Part shown: piece by piece, positions 24,100 to 37,430 of the stretch | Numbering within the stretch: the stretch's first letter is position 1 | How the letters are laid out: every line of letters starts with the position of its first letter | NCBI RefSeq assembly: GCF_018350175.1 | Contig: NC_058368.1 | Span: 96,226,001 to 96,290,000 of the forward strand | Direction of reading: 5' to 3' | Origin: Felis catus | Lineage: Eukaryota | Length of the DNA: 64,000 nt | Made by a program: the position numbers and the translations under genes | Notes under the pieces: model-generated | What the model saw: only the letters and a program-made list of their open reading frames with translations | Databases searched by the model: none | Told to the model about the DNA's origin: nothing

Positions 24100-25700
24100 C
24101 GGAGTAGAAAAGAGTACAAGAGTCATGTGGGGTCACAGATCTGACAGATGAAGGGGAGATAGTCCAGCACTACTGTGGGGTGGATGGGGGTGAAGGTGGT
24201 GTAGGCAGGGGCTCAAATGCAGTAAAGGGAGAGCAGGATGTTTTCCAGGAGCTAAGAGAAGTTGTGAGCACAGCTGGGGGCTGAGAGCGGGGGGGGGGGG
24301 GGGGGGGAGTGGGGGGAGCTGGTGAGCAAGGCGGATTAGACATCAATAGATGAGAGATTGTGTAGGACCTTGTAAGCCACCTAAAAGGCTTTGGACTGAA
24401 TTTTAAGCACAGTAGGGACCTTGTGGTAGGTTTTTAGGCAGAGGAGCTTCACAATCGAATTTGAGTTTTAGGACAATTCGCTTGGCTCTTACGTGAATGG
24501 ATAGAGGGCAGGGTCTCTATGCTAAGAAGGCAGTATTTTGGTTAGCAGTCATTAATGTATTGTTGGAAGGAGATGATGACGACCTACAGTAGGCAAGTAC
24601 CATTGAGAATAGAGTGAGGGAAGTCAAATCCAGAGACAGATGGATGTATTAGTGTCAAGCGCATGAAAGGGAGAAGGCGGAGTTGTCAACAGCATCCAGA
24701 GCGCTGTCTTGGGCACCGGACTGGTGGCCCGTTGGGCCATCCTCTGGCAAAGTAGACTAAAATGGAAGAGCAGTTGAGGGGGATGGGGAAGATGGTTAAC
24801 AAAGTTGATGAGTTCACATTTGTCTATATTGAGTAGGGTCTTCCTTGGGTCATGTAAGTGACTCTGGGCCTAGGTAGTTGGATAAAGAGATAAAAGGTTT
24901 AGGAGAAGAATCTGGATTCGAGTTAAAGACTTGAAATCAATTCTTCGTTAAATGTACAGTTTACTCTTAAAACAACGTGGGCTTGAACTGCATGAGTTCA
25001 CTTATATACCTGTTGTTTTATGAACACAGTACCGTGCTGTAAATGTATTTTCCTTATACAATCATATAATTTTTTTTAATTTTTTAATGTTTACTTATTA
25101 AGAGTGTGTAAGTGGGAGAGGGCAAAGAGAGAGGGAGACACAGAATACGAAGTAGGTTCCAGGCTCTGAGCTGTCATCACAGAGCCCAATGCAGGGCTTA
25201 ATCTCGCGAAGCGTGAGATCATGACCTGAGCTGAAGTTGGATGCCTAACCGACTGAGCTACCCAGGCGCCCCTACCATTGTATAATTTTATTAACAACAT
25301 TTTCTTTCTGTAGCTTACTTATTGCAAAACTACAGTTCATAGTATATATGACATACAAAATACGTGTTAATCAACTGTTCATATTATGGGTAAGCCTTCT
25401 GGTCAACAGTTAGCTAGTAGTAGTTGAAAGTTGAGGGAGTCAAAGACAAGAATTTTCAGCTGTACAGGGCACAGTTAGTGCTGTTTGAGTTTTAGGGTCA
25501 CCTGTGCTGTTCAGGGGTCACCTGTAATTGAAGACAGGAATGGTTCAAATCTCTCAGAATTATGGGGAGAAAGAAAAGAAAGGAACCCCAACGATTGAGC
25601 CCTAAGAAATGTTGACATTAAAGAACAGGCTAAGAAAGAAAAGACTGAAAAAGGACTGTCAGACAGGGAGAAAGGAAACTTATTTTAATCATAGAAATCA
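24100..25700 (-). mobile_element. L2 fragment, split by Tigger2a
   Basis: gagattgtgtaggaccttgtaagccacctaaaaggctttggact; gttgatgagttcacatttg...ttgagtagg are L2-like. Confidence 0.65.
24957..25524. mobile_element. Tigger2a (MER28-like) DNA transposon containing a minus-strand Can-SINE (about 25070-25272)
   Basis: TA-cagtttactcttaaaacaacgtgggcttgaactgc ... tgttcaggggtcacctg-TA TIRs. Confidence 0.85.
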
Positions 25701-25844
25701 CTATCATAAAGAGATATTTTGCACCCTATAAGGCTAATCTACATTTTAACAGTGTTACTGTAATATGTCAGAAAAAGAATGAAAACAAACAGAGCGATGT
25801 TCGGAGGCAGAAATACCAAGGAAAAATGAAGTGAAGGAATCACA

Positions 25845-26100
25845 TTCATTTTTTCATTCATGCATTGATACATTCAGGAGCTTGCTATTAAGCATGCATT
25901 GTGAAGTACTATACAAGATGTTGCAGTCAATATAAACATTAACCAAGCACAGAGTCTGGCTTTCAGGAGTTTATCCACCATGGTAAGAGATGAGACATGT
26001 ACTTTAATAAGTAACTTAAGATAGAACATGTCATGTTCCCTGAAGAAAGCACAGAGGACATACTACGGCAGGTCGCAGGGAGAAAACAGCCCTGCCCCGG
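25845..26100 (-). mobile_element. L2 3'-end fragment
   Basis: cattcatgcattgatacattc...acagagtctggctttcaggagtttat. Confidence 0.55.
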
Positions 26101-26740
26101 GGTCAGGAACAGTGGAGCATCTCAGCGTGCACACACTGAATCAGCTTGTGCCGTCCAGCTGGAACCTTAAAAAAAGCTTTTTGTAGCAGTTGGCGTTTGC
26201 TATTAAAATAAGAGAATTCTTATATTTAAATATAAGAGCAGGGATCTGGATAAATCAGTGGCAGGTATGAGGGCAGCAGCTGGAGCTACTTAATCTGGGG
26301 CAAAGACCTGAGAAGTGGATTTATTTTAAAAATACTGCGAGCATCTCTGCTAACCTCAAGTTACAAGCTAAAGAAAACAACTCTTTTTGGGGGCAGCGAC
26401 AGTTGCACGGATCAGGAGCTAAACACGGTCCAGTCACATCCATTCAACAATTTATAGCTCCCCAAACCTTTTGAATAGATTTTCTGTTTAATCCTCAGAG
26501 GCAAATTTAATGATCAAGACAGTGATTCCTGTGCATGTGCACTGAGATCCGAGTGGTAAGGTGTAATAGAATGTAAGCCTTTGCACCGCCCTGCCCCTTA
26601 TGTTTTAGAATGTTCTGGACATTTTCATGGTGACATTGCACTAGATAATTTTGGACTAATTAAAGATTTGTAAGGACATGAAAAAGAATAAAATTCTGGG
26701 TCATATCAGCTGAGCATAAGAGTGCCTCTAAGAATTAGTG

Positions 26741-26773
<33 letters not shown>

Positions 26774-28585
26774 GGGTTGTCTGTCTCGTATATGGCAAGG
26801 GCTACAGAGGGAAATGACCGAAATGCTGTAAATGAAGGGCTTCCGCACAGACTTTGATTATTAAAGAGAGGACTTACCAAAACACAGTGAGGAAATTTAA
26901 GTGATCTGAGGTTGGAGCGATTGTACGCAAGCCTAGTTTCTGGCCCTCCATTTGTGGGTTGATCTTTGATCCATTGCTGACTCCCTGAATTACAACAGTT
27001 GTTCTTCTCCAGGGTTATAGAGAAGATCATAACATTTGTAGGCATGTGAGGGGGTCCTTGAGGAAAGGACCATACTCCAAAGACCTATCTGGAAGATAGT
27101 GTCACCCAGTGAGAAGAGGTGTATGGTTTTTACTGTCACAAGTCTGTGTATGTTTCTACTGGGTACATAATAGGGGGATGGGTCATCCATTTCTATCCAC
27201 TCATTGTGTGCTAGCTAGGTATATACCCGTGTTATCATACAACCCATAAAATTCACAATGCAGCTTCTAAAGAGCTGCTTTTTATTTGAAATAATTCTTC
27301 CCAGGGTATTCAATATGTAAATAATAGCACTTGATGCTTTAAGAAGGCCTGTTAACTGAGATGTCTGAATTTCAAAATAGACTAATACACAGTTCTTTCT
27401 GAGTGAGGTATTTTTTTTTGTCCTCTCTCCTTAAAGTAGTGTAACAGAAAGCACTTAATAGACTTACATTTCTAATGAACATTCTCAAATACACTCCCAA
27501 GATTTTTATCCGAGTGAACCTGTTGTATTTTAGCAACATATGACAGTACTTACAGTCTATCTTTTGCTCAGTACAAATATGTTAAGGTTATATTATAATT
27601 TTTAAATACCTCCCCTTGATATGTGTCGCATGAATGTAATATCCCTAATGAAAGGTGATGTAATATACCCTCTTTGGCTATTTGACAAGGAGTATAATGA
27701 AGAAGGGTGTGAGGTGCCTCTTAGGCCCTTGGCTAGCCGCTCAATCACTAAATGTGCTCCGTGAATGCGCCCGAGACAGAGTGGTGCACAGGTATTGGTT
27801 TCTGCCAAACCTCCATTTACTATTCTTGAATGGTAGCCAATTTGAGCTCTCTGCCTTAAGTTTAATACCTTTGCCTGACATGCATTAAGTAAAATTGCTT
27901 CCAGTGCTCCCACCGAAAAGCATCCCTTCACAGGAAGTCAGAAGGACATGCCATTTTCATGTTATGAGTGGTAGTAAAAAATAAAGAAGAATTAGTTTGG
28001 ATTCCAACACACAGATCTGAGTTACTCTTGGTTAGAAAGCACTTTTAAAGTTTATTTTTCCTATCCCTATACGAAATCATTATTGATGTTTTTGAGAATC
28101 TTAAATCTTGCTAGGACTTCTGTGGGCTTTTAGGAGAAACTAGAGCAGATTTTATTTTCTTTTTGTCCCTGGAAAAACAAAACAAAACAAAACAAAACAA
28201 AACACAAGAACTAACACTCAAGCAAATTTACAAGCATGAACCTACCTATGTTTTCTGAATGGCGGGCCATACCAAAGACTGTTTTCAATAAGTGTGTGTG
28301 CTTGTATATGTCATCTAGGCCCTTAAAGCATAGTGTGTATACATATTCTTACATACAAAAGTCATCAGCAAGAAAATGGAAGTTACCCATACGAAACAGA
28401 TATATAGGAAAATCGTCTCCTTTGATTTTCATGAAGATCACTTAATGTCTTACTGAAAATAAAGATTTGTAGGAAGCAGATCTGGGAGACAGAGTCTGTA
28501 CTTTTCCAAGGGCCTGATCTTTATATTCCATGAAAGCAAGACCACCCACCGAAGCCCATTGACCTCCTGAGTTTAGAAAGCTTAT

Positions 28586-28800
28586 GGGCTCCTGGGTGGC
28601 TCAGTCGGTTAAGCGTCTGACCTTGACTCAGGTCATGATCTCATGGTTCCTGGGTTTAAGTCCTGCATGGGGCTCCGTGCTGACAGCTCAGAGCCTGGGG
28701 CCTGCTTCAGATTCTGTGTCTCCATCTCTCTCTGCCCCTCTCCCACTCTCACTCTGTCTCTCAAAAAATAAGTGTTAAGAAAAGAAAAAAGAAAAAAATA
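28586..28800 (+). mobile_element. Can-SINE
   Basis: gggctcctgggtggctcagtcggttaagcgtctgac head. Confidence 0.9.
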
Positions 28801-29292
28801 TTACGCATTCTCATAGCAATGAGATCATACATCATTTTTTTCCGTGGGCATTTTAGGGTACAACCACAAAGCTGTTGATATCAAAATCTCTGGTGCTTAG
28901 AAAGGAAGTTCATCACAGTAGACGCCTTTGGGTTCAGTCGCATCAGTTAACAAAAGAGACTATATCATAGGATAGTGTCATGAACCTGTTTTGAAATTCA
29001 GTTAATTTGCCAAGAAAAAATATATATGTTTTCTGTCATCCATTTTTATTTCTTTCCACAGTACATCATAGCATGAAATATCTACTGCAAATAGCACAAA
29101 TGGATTGTAACAGACACATCCTACCGAGTCCAGATGAGTTGTATCTAGGGTAGGGTCTGTAATTTGATTGGACACACTAGTAAAAACAAGCACCACTTTC
29201 CTAAATTAGAAATCTAGATTGTGAATTTTCCAGGCTGACATAGTAAAAGTTGGCTGTGTGTATTTGTTGTTGTGCAAGAAAGGAGATCAAGT

Positions 29293-29726
29293 CTTTTTTT
29301 TTTAATTAATTTTTTTTTTTTTAGTATTTGTTTATTTTTGAGACAATGCAGGAGACAGAGTGCAAGCAGCAGAGGGGCAGACAGAGGGAGACACAGAATC
29401 TGAAGCGGGCTCCAGGCTCTGAGCTGTCAGCCCAGAGCCCGATGCAGGGCTCGAACTCAGAAACTGTGAGATCATGACCTGAGCCGAAGTCGGACACTTA
29501 ACTGACTGAGCCACTCAAGCGCCCCTTTAAAATTTTTTTTAATGTTTATTTACTTTTAAGAGGGAGGGGAGGGGCAGAGAGAGAGAGGGAGATACAGAAT
29601 CTGAAGCAGGCTTCAGGCTTCGAGCTGTCAGCACAGAGTCTGACATGAGGTTCGAACTCACCAACTGCGAGATCATGACCTAAGCTGAAGTCAGGTGCAT
29701 AACCGACTGACCCACCCAGGTGCCCC
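29293..29726 (-). mobile_element. Tandem pair of Can-SINEs
   Basis: Two reverse-complement bodies; outer TSD agatcaagt. Confidence 0.9.
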
Positions 29727-30349
29727 AAGATCAAGTTGTTTTAATGACATAAGCCAAAAGCCCAAATGCCACGCTGCCTCCTTAAAGTGAACATATATAC
29801 AGCTTTTTAACGTGTCTTGACATATTCAGGGCAAGTTAAAAAATTGGCATCTTCAGGATATTAAAATCCATGCAAGCCAAAGATAAGAAGAATTACAAGG
29901 GCATGGCTTTTTGTAGAATTATGTAGTTAACCCTCTAAATTCATGCCTACACATACATGTTTCCTTTGCAGCAACTTTATCCTTAATGATTTACTTAATA
30001 GTTTACTTTGATAGTATATTCTGTGTGAGACTGGAAATGTATGAGGGTAGGAAATGTGTTTCACTTACTCCTAGACCCCAGCACCCAGTATGGTATGTGG
30101 CCTGTGATAGGCTCTGAACAATTACTTCCCCTTGCCATCCTTTCCTCCTACCAAGATAAACTTGGCCTTTCCTCCTTCCTCTCTTTGTTCTTCCTGTCAT
30201 TACTGAATGGCTTGCTGGTAGTTTCTAGAACCACACCAAACTGGTGCCAGGGAACCATACTTTTAGCCAGACTTCCACATTTTCCTTCTTCCTATTTCTT
30301 ACAACTGTGATACCAAATTTAGACAGTCTTTCAAATTGTGCCACTTTAA

Positions 30350-30557
30350 TCTTTATTTTTTATTTTTTTATTTTTTTGAGAGAGAGAGTGCATAGCGGGC
30401 AAGGGGTAGAGAGAGTGAGAGAGGGACGGAGGATCCAAAGCAGGCTCTGTGCTGACAGCAGTGAGCCCTACACGGGAGAGGGGCAAGCCCTTGAACCACA
30501 AGATCACAACTGGACCAAAAGTCGGCTGCTCAACAGACTGATCCACCCAGGTGCCCC
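30350..30557 (-). mobile_element. Can-SINE
   Basis: Reverse-complement body ending cacccaggtgcccc; TSD taatcttt. Confidence 0.85.
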
Positions 30558-31079
30558 TAATCTTTTGATTCTACATTTCACTTCCCATCAAGGACTTCAT
30601 TGGTCTTTCTCCATTGTGAAGCCTGGAGTAATGAATACATGGAAGAGGGTGTTGTACATTCCGGTTGATGCTGTGTCCCTGCTGTGTGGTGAAGAATGCT
30701 TCTTCCTGAGATGGGGTTTTACTCTCCTTAGCTGTAAGCATCCCAGTTGAGTTCCCTCATATCTAACCACACTTTCCTAGAAGTAAGATGTCAGCAGCAT
30801 TTCCTAAAGTCCTAGGGCTTCCTCTGAGTATATAAAAAGGAAAAAAAATAATAATGCGATCACCCAAGCAATGACGTTACAAATAAGAATGTATCTAAGT
30901 CAACAAGATCCTCAGTAGAATATCCATCCAACAAATGGATGTCACTAAGAGTTCCGAGTGCAGGCAGCTTCCCCCAGTAGGAAGATTGGCTACAAAAACC
31001 TGAATTCATCTTTCAGAGTCTAAGATCATCATGTTTAGTTTGCCTAAATATACAACATGATATGATGAGTTTTGTCATT

Positions 31080-31272
31080 TTTTTTTCTATTTTTTTCTAA
31101 AGTTTATTTACTTATTTTGAGGGGGAACGGGGCAGAGGGTGAGGGAGATAGATCTCAAGCAGCCTCCCCACTGTCCATGCAGGGCTCAATGTGGGTCTCA
31201 AACTCGGGAACCGTGAAATCATGACCTGAGCCAAAGTCGGATGCTTAACTGACTGAGCCACCCAGGCGCCCG
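31080..31272 (-). mobile_element. Can-SINE
   Basis: Reverse-complement body ending gagccacccaggcgccc. Confidence 0.88.
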
Positions 31273-32157
31273 CGGTTTCGTAAATTTTTAAGCTTGTCAA
31301 TATCAGAGACAATATCAAGGGATTTCTGCTTTCTGGTAATGGCTAAGTCATTCGTATCACCCTTCCTTCAGCAAAACTAATTTTAACTGCCACATGAAAC
31401 ACTTCTTAACTTTTTCTTTAAAGCAAGGGTAATGTGAAAAGATAATAGGGAATCACTAGGATAAAACTAAAAGGAGAGAGAGAACCACGGGCGTAAGCAA
31501 GGATTAAAGCTGTTTTTCATCTGGGTGGCATTTTCTGGTCCCAGGCAATTTGGACTTGTGCTCTGAAAGCCTTGGAGGCAAGAGGAATAAAAAGCAAATC
31601 ACTGCCTGCAACAGGGAAGCCTTCTGAAGGAAGCTTAACATAATATGCTGGGACCCCAGAAGGCTAAACCCTCATGGTGTGATGCTAGAAATAAATAGTC
31701 CACATGTAGTCTTTAACCCAAAAATTCTACTTCAGTGTTTGTGAGCATATGCTCACAAATAATGAACAGAAAGAAACTTTAAACAACTCGATCTGGGTTT
31801 ATGGTAGAAGCCAGTATATGTGAGGAGTGTGTAAGAGTGCAAGAGTGGTGTGGGCTCTAAGATCTGGCAGATGAGGAGGGCACCACTGTAGGGTGGGTGG
31901 GCATACGCTGGAGTGGGCAGGCGTTCATATATGGAAAGCAAAGTTGTGTTCCAGAAACTAAGGCAAGTACACTTCCTAAAATATTTGATGACCTCCGTGG
32001 TTTTTAGTCTTTTTTTTCTTTTTTTTCAAATGTGTCTGCAGCTTACCTTCACTTAGGTAACATTTCCATATTAGCAGTAATTACATGAATACAGGGAAGC
32101 ACATTACTTAGACTTCAATTCAGATCCAATATACTCACTGGATACCTACTTGTCTTT

Positions 32158-32237
32158 TGAGCTCAAACCCACAAATAGTGAGATCATGACCTGAGCTGAA
32201 GTCTGATGCTTAACCGACTGAGCCACCCAGGCGCCCC
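32158..32237 (-). mobile_element. Can-SINE 5' half only
   Basis: gagatcatgacctgagctgaagtctgatgcttaaccgactgagccacccaggcgcccc. Confidence 0.85.
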
Positions 32238-32835
32238 AAGTAGGTGGTTATTTAAACTTTGCTCATCCAAAGAATAATTCCTCCATTTTCCCACTTGCAA
32301 AATTAGCTCTCCTTTGACCTATGCACTCCTTCTAAGCCCAAATGAAATTTGATTGGTCCCCTTACATTAAAGCCCCGTGAAATGTTTTGAACTCCTTCAC
32401 TAAGTTAAAAAGCTCTGAAAGGAACTTCTCAGGCCTGGCACTTCTAAGTACAGGATTAATGTTAATGATGCTGTGGTTGGTGACGTTCTAAGGAAAAATC
32501 AACAAAATAACCACCATAAGGGGAGATTTAACGTACTTCTTTTTTTTTAATGTTTTTAAGTTATTTATTTTTTTACTTATTTTTAATCAATTGATTTTTT
32601 ATTTTATTTTTTATTTAATTTATTATTTTATTTTATTTTTTAAGATACTTCTTGGAATAATTGATAAAATAATGGATCAAAGTGGATAGGATATAGAACA
32701 TCTAAGCAACACTACTACTAAGTTTGAGTTAATGGCGTATAAAGAAGCCATAGAAAAATGTTACCTTTCTTCTCTTAATATTTATTGAGCTTTTCTTCTC
32801 CTGTTCTTTTATTTTGATCTTACTGTGTTCTTGAA

Positions 32836-32853
32836 TTTTTCTTAATGTTTATT

Positions 32854-32888
<35 letters not shown>

Positions 32889-33060
32889 ACGTGCATGAGT
32901 GGGGGAGGAGCCGAGAGCGAGGGAGACACAGAATCCGAAGCAGGTTCCAGGCTCTGAGCTGTCAGCACAGAGCCTGATGAGGGGCCTGAACCCACAAACC
33001 ATGAGATCATGACCTGAGCTGAAGTGAGACCCTTAACTGACTGAGACACCCAGGCTCCCC
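32836..33060 (-). mobile_element. Can-SINE
   Basis: Reverse-complement body; imperfect TSD ttactgtgttctt / ttactatattctt. Confidence 0.9.
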
Positions 33061-33807
33061 TATATTACTATATTCTTATATTTTAAGTCTGTCTCTTGTA
33101 AATAGCACAAAGCTAATTTTTTTAAAAGAGTATCTTCTTAAAATCTCTTTTAATTGACAAGTTTATGGATAGTGTACATAATGGCACTTTTAGGCTTTTT
33201 AAAAAAATCATATTTCTTCCATTTTTTCCTCTTTCTTTTGCTTTTATTTATTCATTTCCTGTTTTTCATATTGGGGTGGATAGGTAAGTGTTCCTGTCTC
33301 TTGAATTCTTCTTTCTTTTATTTTCTCACATCTTTTCTATTTTCTCACCTCTCCATTCTCTTTGTATTCCTTTAATTCAAACCCTTGATATTTTACCACA
33401 CTTACTAATGAATTTTGGAGTTTATGCATATCCTAACCTCTTCCAAAACCGTACAAATTATAATACTCTCATTCCATTATGCCTCTGACTTACATACTCT
33501 TTTGTAAAATATACTCTGTTTTTGACTCTGTCACATGTATTCATCTCTCTCTCTCCCTCTCTCTCCCTTTCTCTCTCCACACTTAGTGAAATGCTCTGTT
33601 GGGCTACTCCTCTATCTTCCAGTGGAAGCTTTTCACAAATGCCTCGTGAGTCTTGGCCGCTAGTTTTTATTTAAGAAAGATTCATGAGAAGCTCTGTGTT
33701 GGTGAGTAGGCTTTGCCACTAATGGGCCTCTGTGCAATATGAAAAGGAAACACTTCTGGCCGCATGTATTTCAGTATCTGAGGGTCCTCTCTCTCAGATC
33801 TTTGAGC

Positions 33808-34288
33808 TGTGAAAAGGAACACAATGCCAGACGGAATGAACAGGCAAGGAAGACTTGATTCAATATTATTACAACGAAGGAGAGAGATTGAACTCAACTC
33901 CTCTGCTATGGGAGATGGGGGTACACTGGAGTGTCCTACTGGAAAAGTACTGGAATTTGCTGGGAGGAGGCTGGTCTGTGTGGCTAGGTCCCCTGTGTCA
34001 GCTAATTGGCACCCACGGAAGTTGGGCCCCTATCCTCCCACAGACCTTAGAGGTTGAGGCACTGTCTTTCTTGATGATTGCATTTCAAAGGGAAAGCGTC
34101 TGTGTCCTGGAGAAAGATATTCCTGGGTCGCTGAAGATTTACATCTCACAGAGCAAAGAAAGAATTTATTACTGCAAGTTGTCCAAAGTAAATGCTCTAA
34201 GAAAAAGGGAGGTCATGTGCCTCCTGTCAGGAAGAAAGCTGTCTAAAGTTCAGTCAGAGTGAGGGAAACGTTAAGGTGACGTTGGTCA
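33808..34288 (-). mobile_element. MER31-family ERV1 LTR
   Basis: gtcaggaagaaagctgtctaaagttcagtcagagtgagggaaacgttaagg...ttggtca is the reverse complement of a MER31-like start; also ggagagagattgaactcaactc. Confidence 0.8.
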
Positions 34289-35056
34289 GAGGTTCAAAGA
34301 AAAGTATTACACAGATGGGATTGTCTGCTTTCTGAGGATGAATGGGGAGGAAGTGTGGAGACCTCATAGTTTACCGCAGACTCATCCAGATTGTCCCCAC
34401 CATCAGCCCTGCCCTGCCACATACCCTCCTATGTGAGGAAGGATGTCCATGGTCGGCAGGCAGGCATCCTCTGCTCTCCTGCAGCTATTGGGAGACAGCC
34501 TTCTACCATTTCTCCCTATTTTTTCCATCCCAAGCCTCATGTTGGCCTTCAGTGTTCCTGGAGCTTTCTTGGGTCTCTAACGGGCAGACTTTTCCTCCTC
34601 ATTATTCCTTTCTAGAAGCATTTAGCCCTCTCCATTACCCTTATGACTCCTCTGCTGTCTTTCTTCCATCTTCCCACAACTAGTTGGATTCTCTACTCAC
34701 TGTTGTCTCATTTATCATTCTCTTAGTGCTATGTGGATATAATTTTTTGTGTCGGTGATGTTTTCCTTTGTTCATTTGATTTTAGTCATTCATATGAACA
34801 TAAAGGTGAATAAGTGTCATCAACTTACCATGATAAACTATAAATTTGAGCTCTTAACTTCCAACTTTAATTCACATATGGTCACTTGCCTGCAACGTGG
34901 CAAGAGATGGCCACAAGTGGAAAGAGTTGGATTGTACCCAATACTCTCACTTGCTGTGAGAATAAGTATGAAGTGGGTAAGCAGTGCATGCCAGCGAAAT
35001 GTACCCAAAGGTTGTTCTTGCTGGTAGCGGGGACCACACAAGAGGTCTCAGGACCT

Positions 35057-35240
35057 TGGGGCACCTGGGTGGCTCATTTGGTTGAGTGTCTGGCTTCGGC
35101 TCACAGTTCGTTGAGTTTGAACCCCATATTGTGCTCTGTGCTGACAACACAGAGCTCACTTCGGATCCTCGCTTCCCCCTCTCTTTCTGCCCCTCCCCCT
35201 CACTTCAAACATAAACAAACACTAAACGAATTAAAAAAAA
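35057..35240 (+). mobile_element. Can-SINE
   Basis: ggggcacctgggtggctc head; TSD-like agaggtctcagga / agagcctcagga. Confidence 0.85.
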
Positions 35241-35695
35241 GAGCCTCAGGATGTCTCTGCCTCTTGCCTTTGAAAAAACACTCTTGGAAGTGGTGTTTCT
35301 TCATCATGCTACATTAAGTGTAAAAAAAAAAAAAACAGATAAAACTGGGACTATAAAAAGGTAAGACAGAGAACCAAGAGTTGGAATTATTAGTATTTTC
35401 AACAAAAAAATTGAAAATGTTTCAAATGGCAAATAAAAATTCTGAAATTATTTTTTAAAAAGCTCTCAGGGTAGGAGGGAACTCTAAGGGGAAAAAACTA
35501 GGGAGATGTAACCCACAAGTGAAATTTTCTGGAAGAGCCCACAACACTTGGGACAGCAGCAGAGTATTTGCAAAATGTGTCCCTGAGATGACAAAGGGAT
35601 CCCTTTCCACAAATCACATGCATTCCAGGCAAAATTAGGGCAAACTAAGTGCCAGCACAGCACTTAGATTTCAAACATAAACTTTAAAATTTCTA

Positions 35696-35840
35696 GGGGC
35701 ACCTGGGTGGCCATCCAACTTCATTGGGCATCCAACTCTTGATTTTGGCTCAGGTCATGATCTCATGGTTCTTGAGATTGAGCCTTGCGTCCAGCTCTGC
35801 TCTGACAACACAGAGCCTGCTTGGGATTCCCCGCCCCCGT

Positions 35841-35894
<54 letters not shown>

Positions 35895-35958
35895 TTGCTC
35901 CTCCCCCTCTCACAGGCACATGCTCTTTCTCTCAAAATAAATAAATGAACTTAAAAAA
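35696..35958 (+). mobile_element. Can-SINE
   Basis: SINE head and body with long (CT)n. Confidence 0.88.
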
Positions 35959-36184
35959 GTCATAAGGCTTCTATGAGAGAGAGAGAAAGAAAGAGTATTG
36001 CTGCTTACAAATAATCACAAAGTAGGCTGGCTTCAAAATTCACACTTAAAATCGAGACTGAATGATGTTAAAATAGGAGCACAGGATACAGAAATGATTA
36101 TGTAATATGATCTCAGTAGGTAAGATAAAAATCTGGAAAAATAAGAACATTGGGAGAACCTATGCCAAAATATTAGTGGCTGCT

Positions 36185-36401
36185 TTTTTTTTTAATTTTT
36201 TTAAATGTTTTATTTTATTTTTGGGAGAGAGACAGAGTACGAGTTGGGAGGGGAAGAGAGAGAGGGAGACAGAATCTGAAGCAGGCTCCAGGCTCTGGGC
36301 TGTCAGCACAGAGCCCAATGTGGGGCTCAAATCCACAAATGGCAAGATCGTGACCTGAGCCCAAGTCGGACACTTAACTGACTGAGCCACCCAGGTGTCC
36401 C
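36185..36401 (-). mobile_element. Can-SINE
   Basis: TSD tagtggctgctt. Confidence 0.92.
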
Positions 36402-36765
36402 TGATAGTGGCTGCTTCTGATTGGTGACAACTTTATTAATGAATGTTGTGATATTTTATAATTTTGTTGCTACTTTTTAGATGTTTAGAAGGGTCACGTA
36501 TTACAATAACAATTAGGATACATAGAGGTAAAAAGTAAAGAAAAAGAAAAAAAAAACATTTTCCCCACAGACATTCTTTGGGACGCAGATCTGTCACATT
36601 GGGATCATATCATTCTGAAGCCATTTCTCGAGTTCACTTGTCCTTTAGCCCTGGCTACACCTTAATGACTCAGGTAAGCCTGTGATATTTCAATCAAACA
36701 TTAGGTGAGTTTCAAAATCTTACCAGGAGCTTCCTACAATCGTAAACTTTAAAAAATTCTTTGTA

Positions 36766-36985
36766 GGGCGCCTGGGTGGCTCAGTCGGTTGGGCGGCCGA
36801 CTTCGGCTCAGGTCATGATCTCGTGGTCCGTGAGTTCGAGCCCCGTGTCAGGCTCTGTGCTGACAGCTCAGAGCCTGGAGCCTGTTTCAGATTCTGTGTC
36901 TCCCTCTCTCTGACCCTCCCCATTCATGCTTTGTCTCTCTCTGTCTCAAACATAAAAAATAAACGTTAAAAAAAAATAAAAAAAA
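36766..36985 (+). mobile_element. Young Can-SINE (SINEC_Fc)
   Basis: CpG-rich head gggcgcctgggtggctcagtcggttgggcggccgacttcgg; TSD aaaaattctttgtag. Confidence 0.95.
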
Positions 36986-37361
36986 TTCTTTGTAGCACTT
37001 TGGAGTCATAAAAGAAAACTTTCCATTAAAAAAAATTATTTTTTCTTGAGAGCTAAAACTTAAAATTTCTGCAGAGGCAATTATTTGGCCAAACAAAATT
37101 CTCTCAAAGATATAAATCATGGCAGCTTGCCCCTGGTCTGATTTGTGCTGTTTCTGCTTGAGTTAGATTAGAGATAAAGAACCATCTCCCTGGCATTGTT
37201 GGGTTTGTGTTTTCTGAAAGCTAGTGTAAAAATCACACAGTTTATTTTATATAGGATACAATGACTAGAAATGAATAATACTGTCCTCTTCCAAGGAAGT
37301 TAGAAAATTACAACTAAGGGACCCAATACAACTTATGTGCCTGCTTTGTTCTGCTTACATA

Positions 37362-37388
37362 TTTTTATTTTTATTTTTTTGGAAATTT

Positions 37389-37430
<42 letters not shown>

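Noticed and set aside
30244..30750. 168-aa plus ORF
   Set aside because: Reads through an antisense Can-SINE and has no gene-like context.
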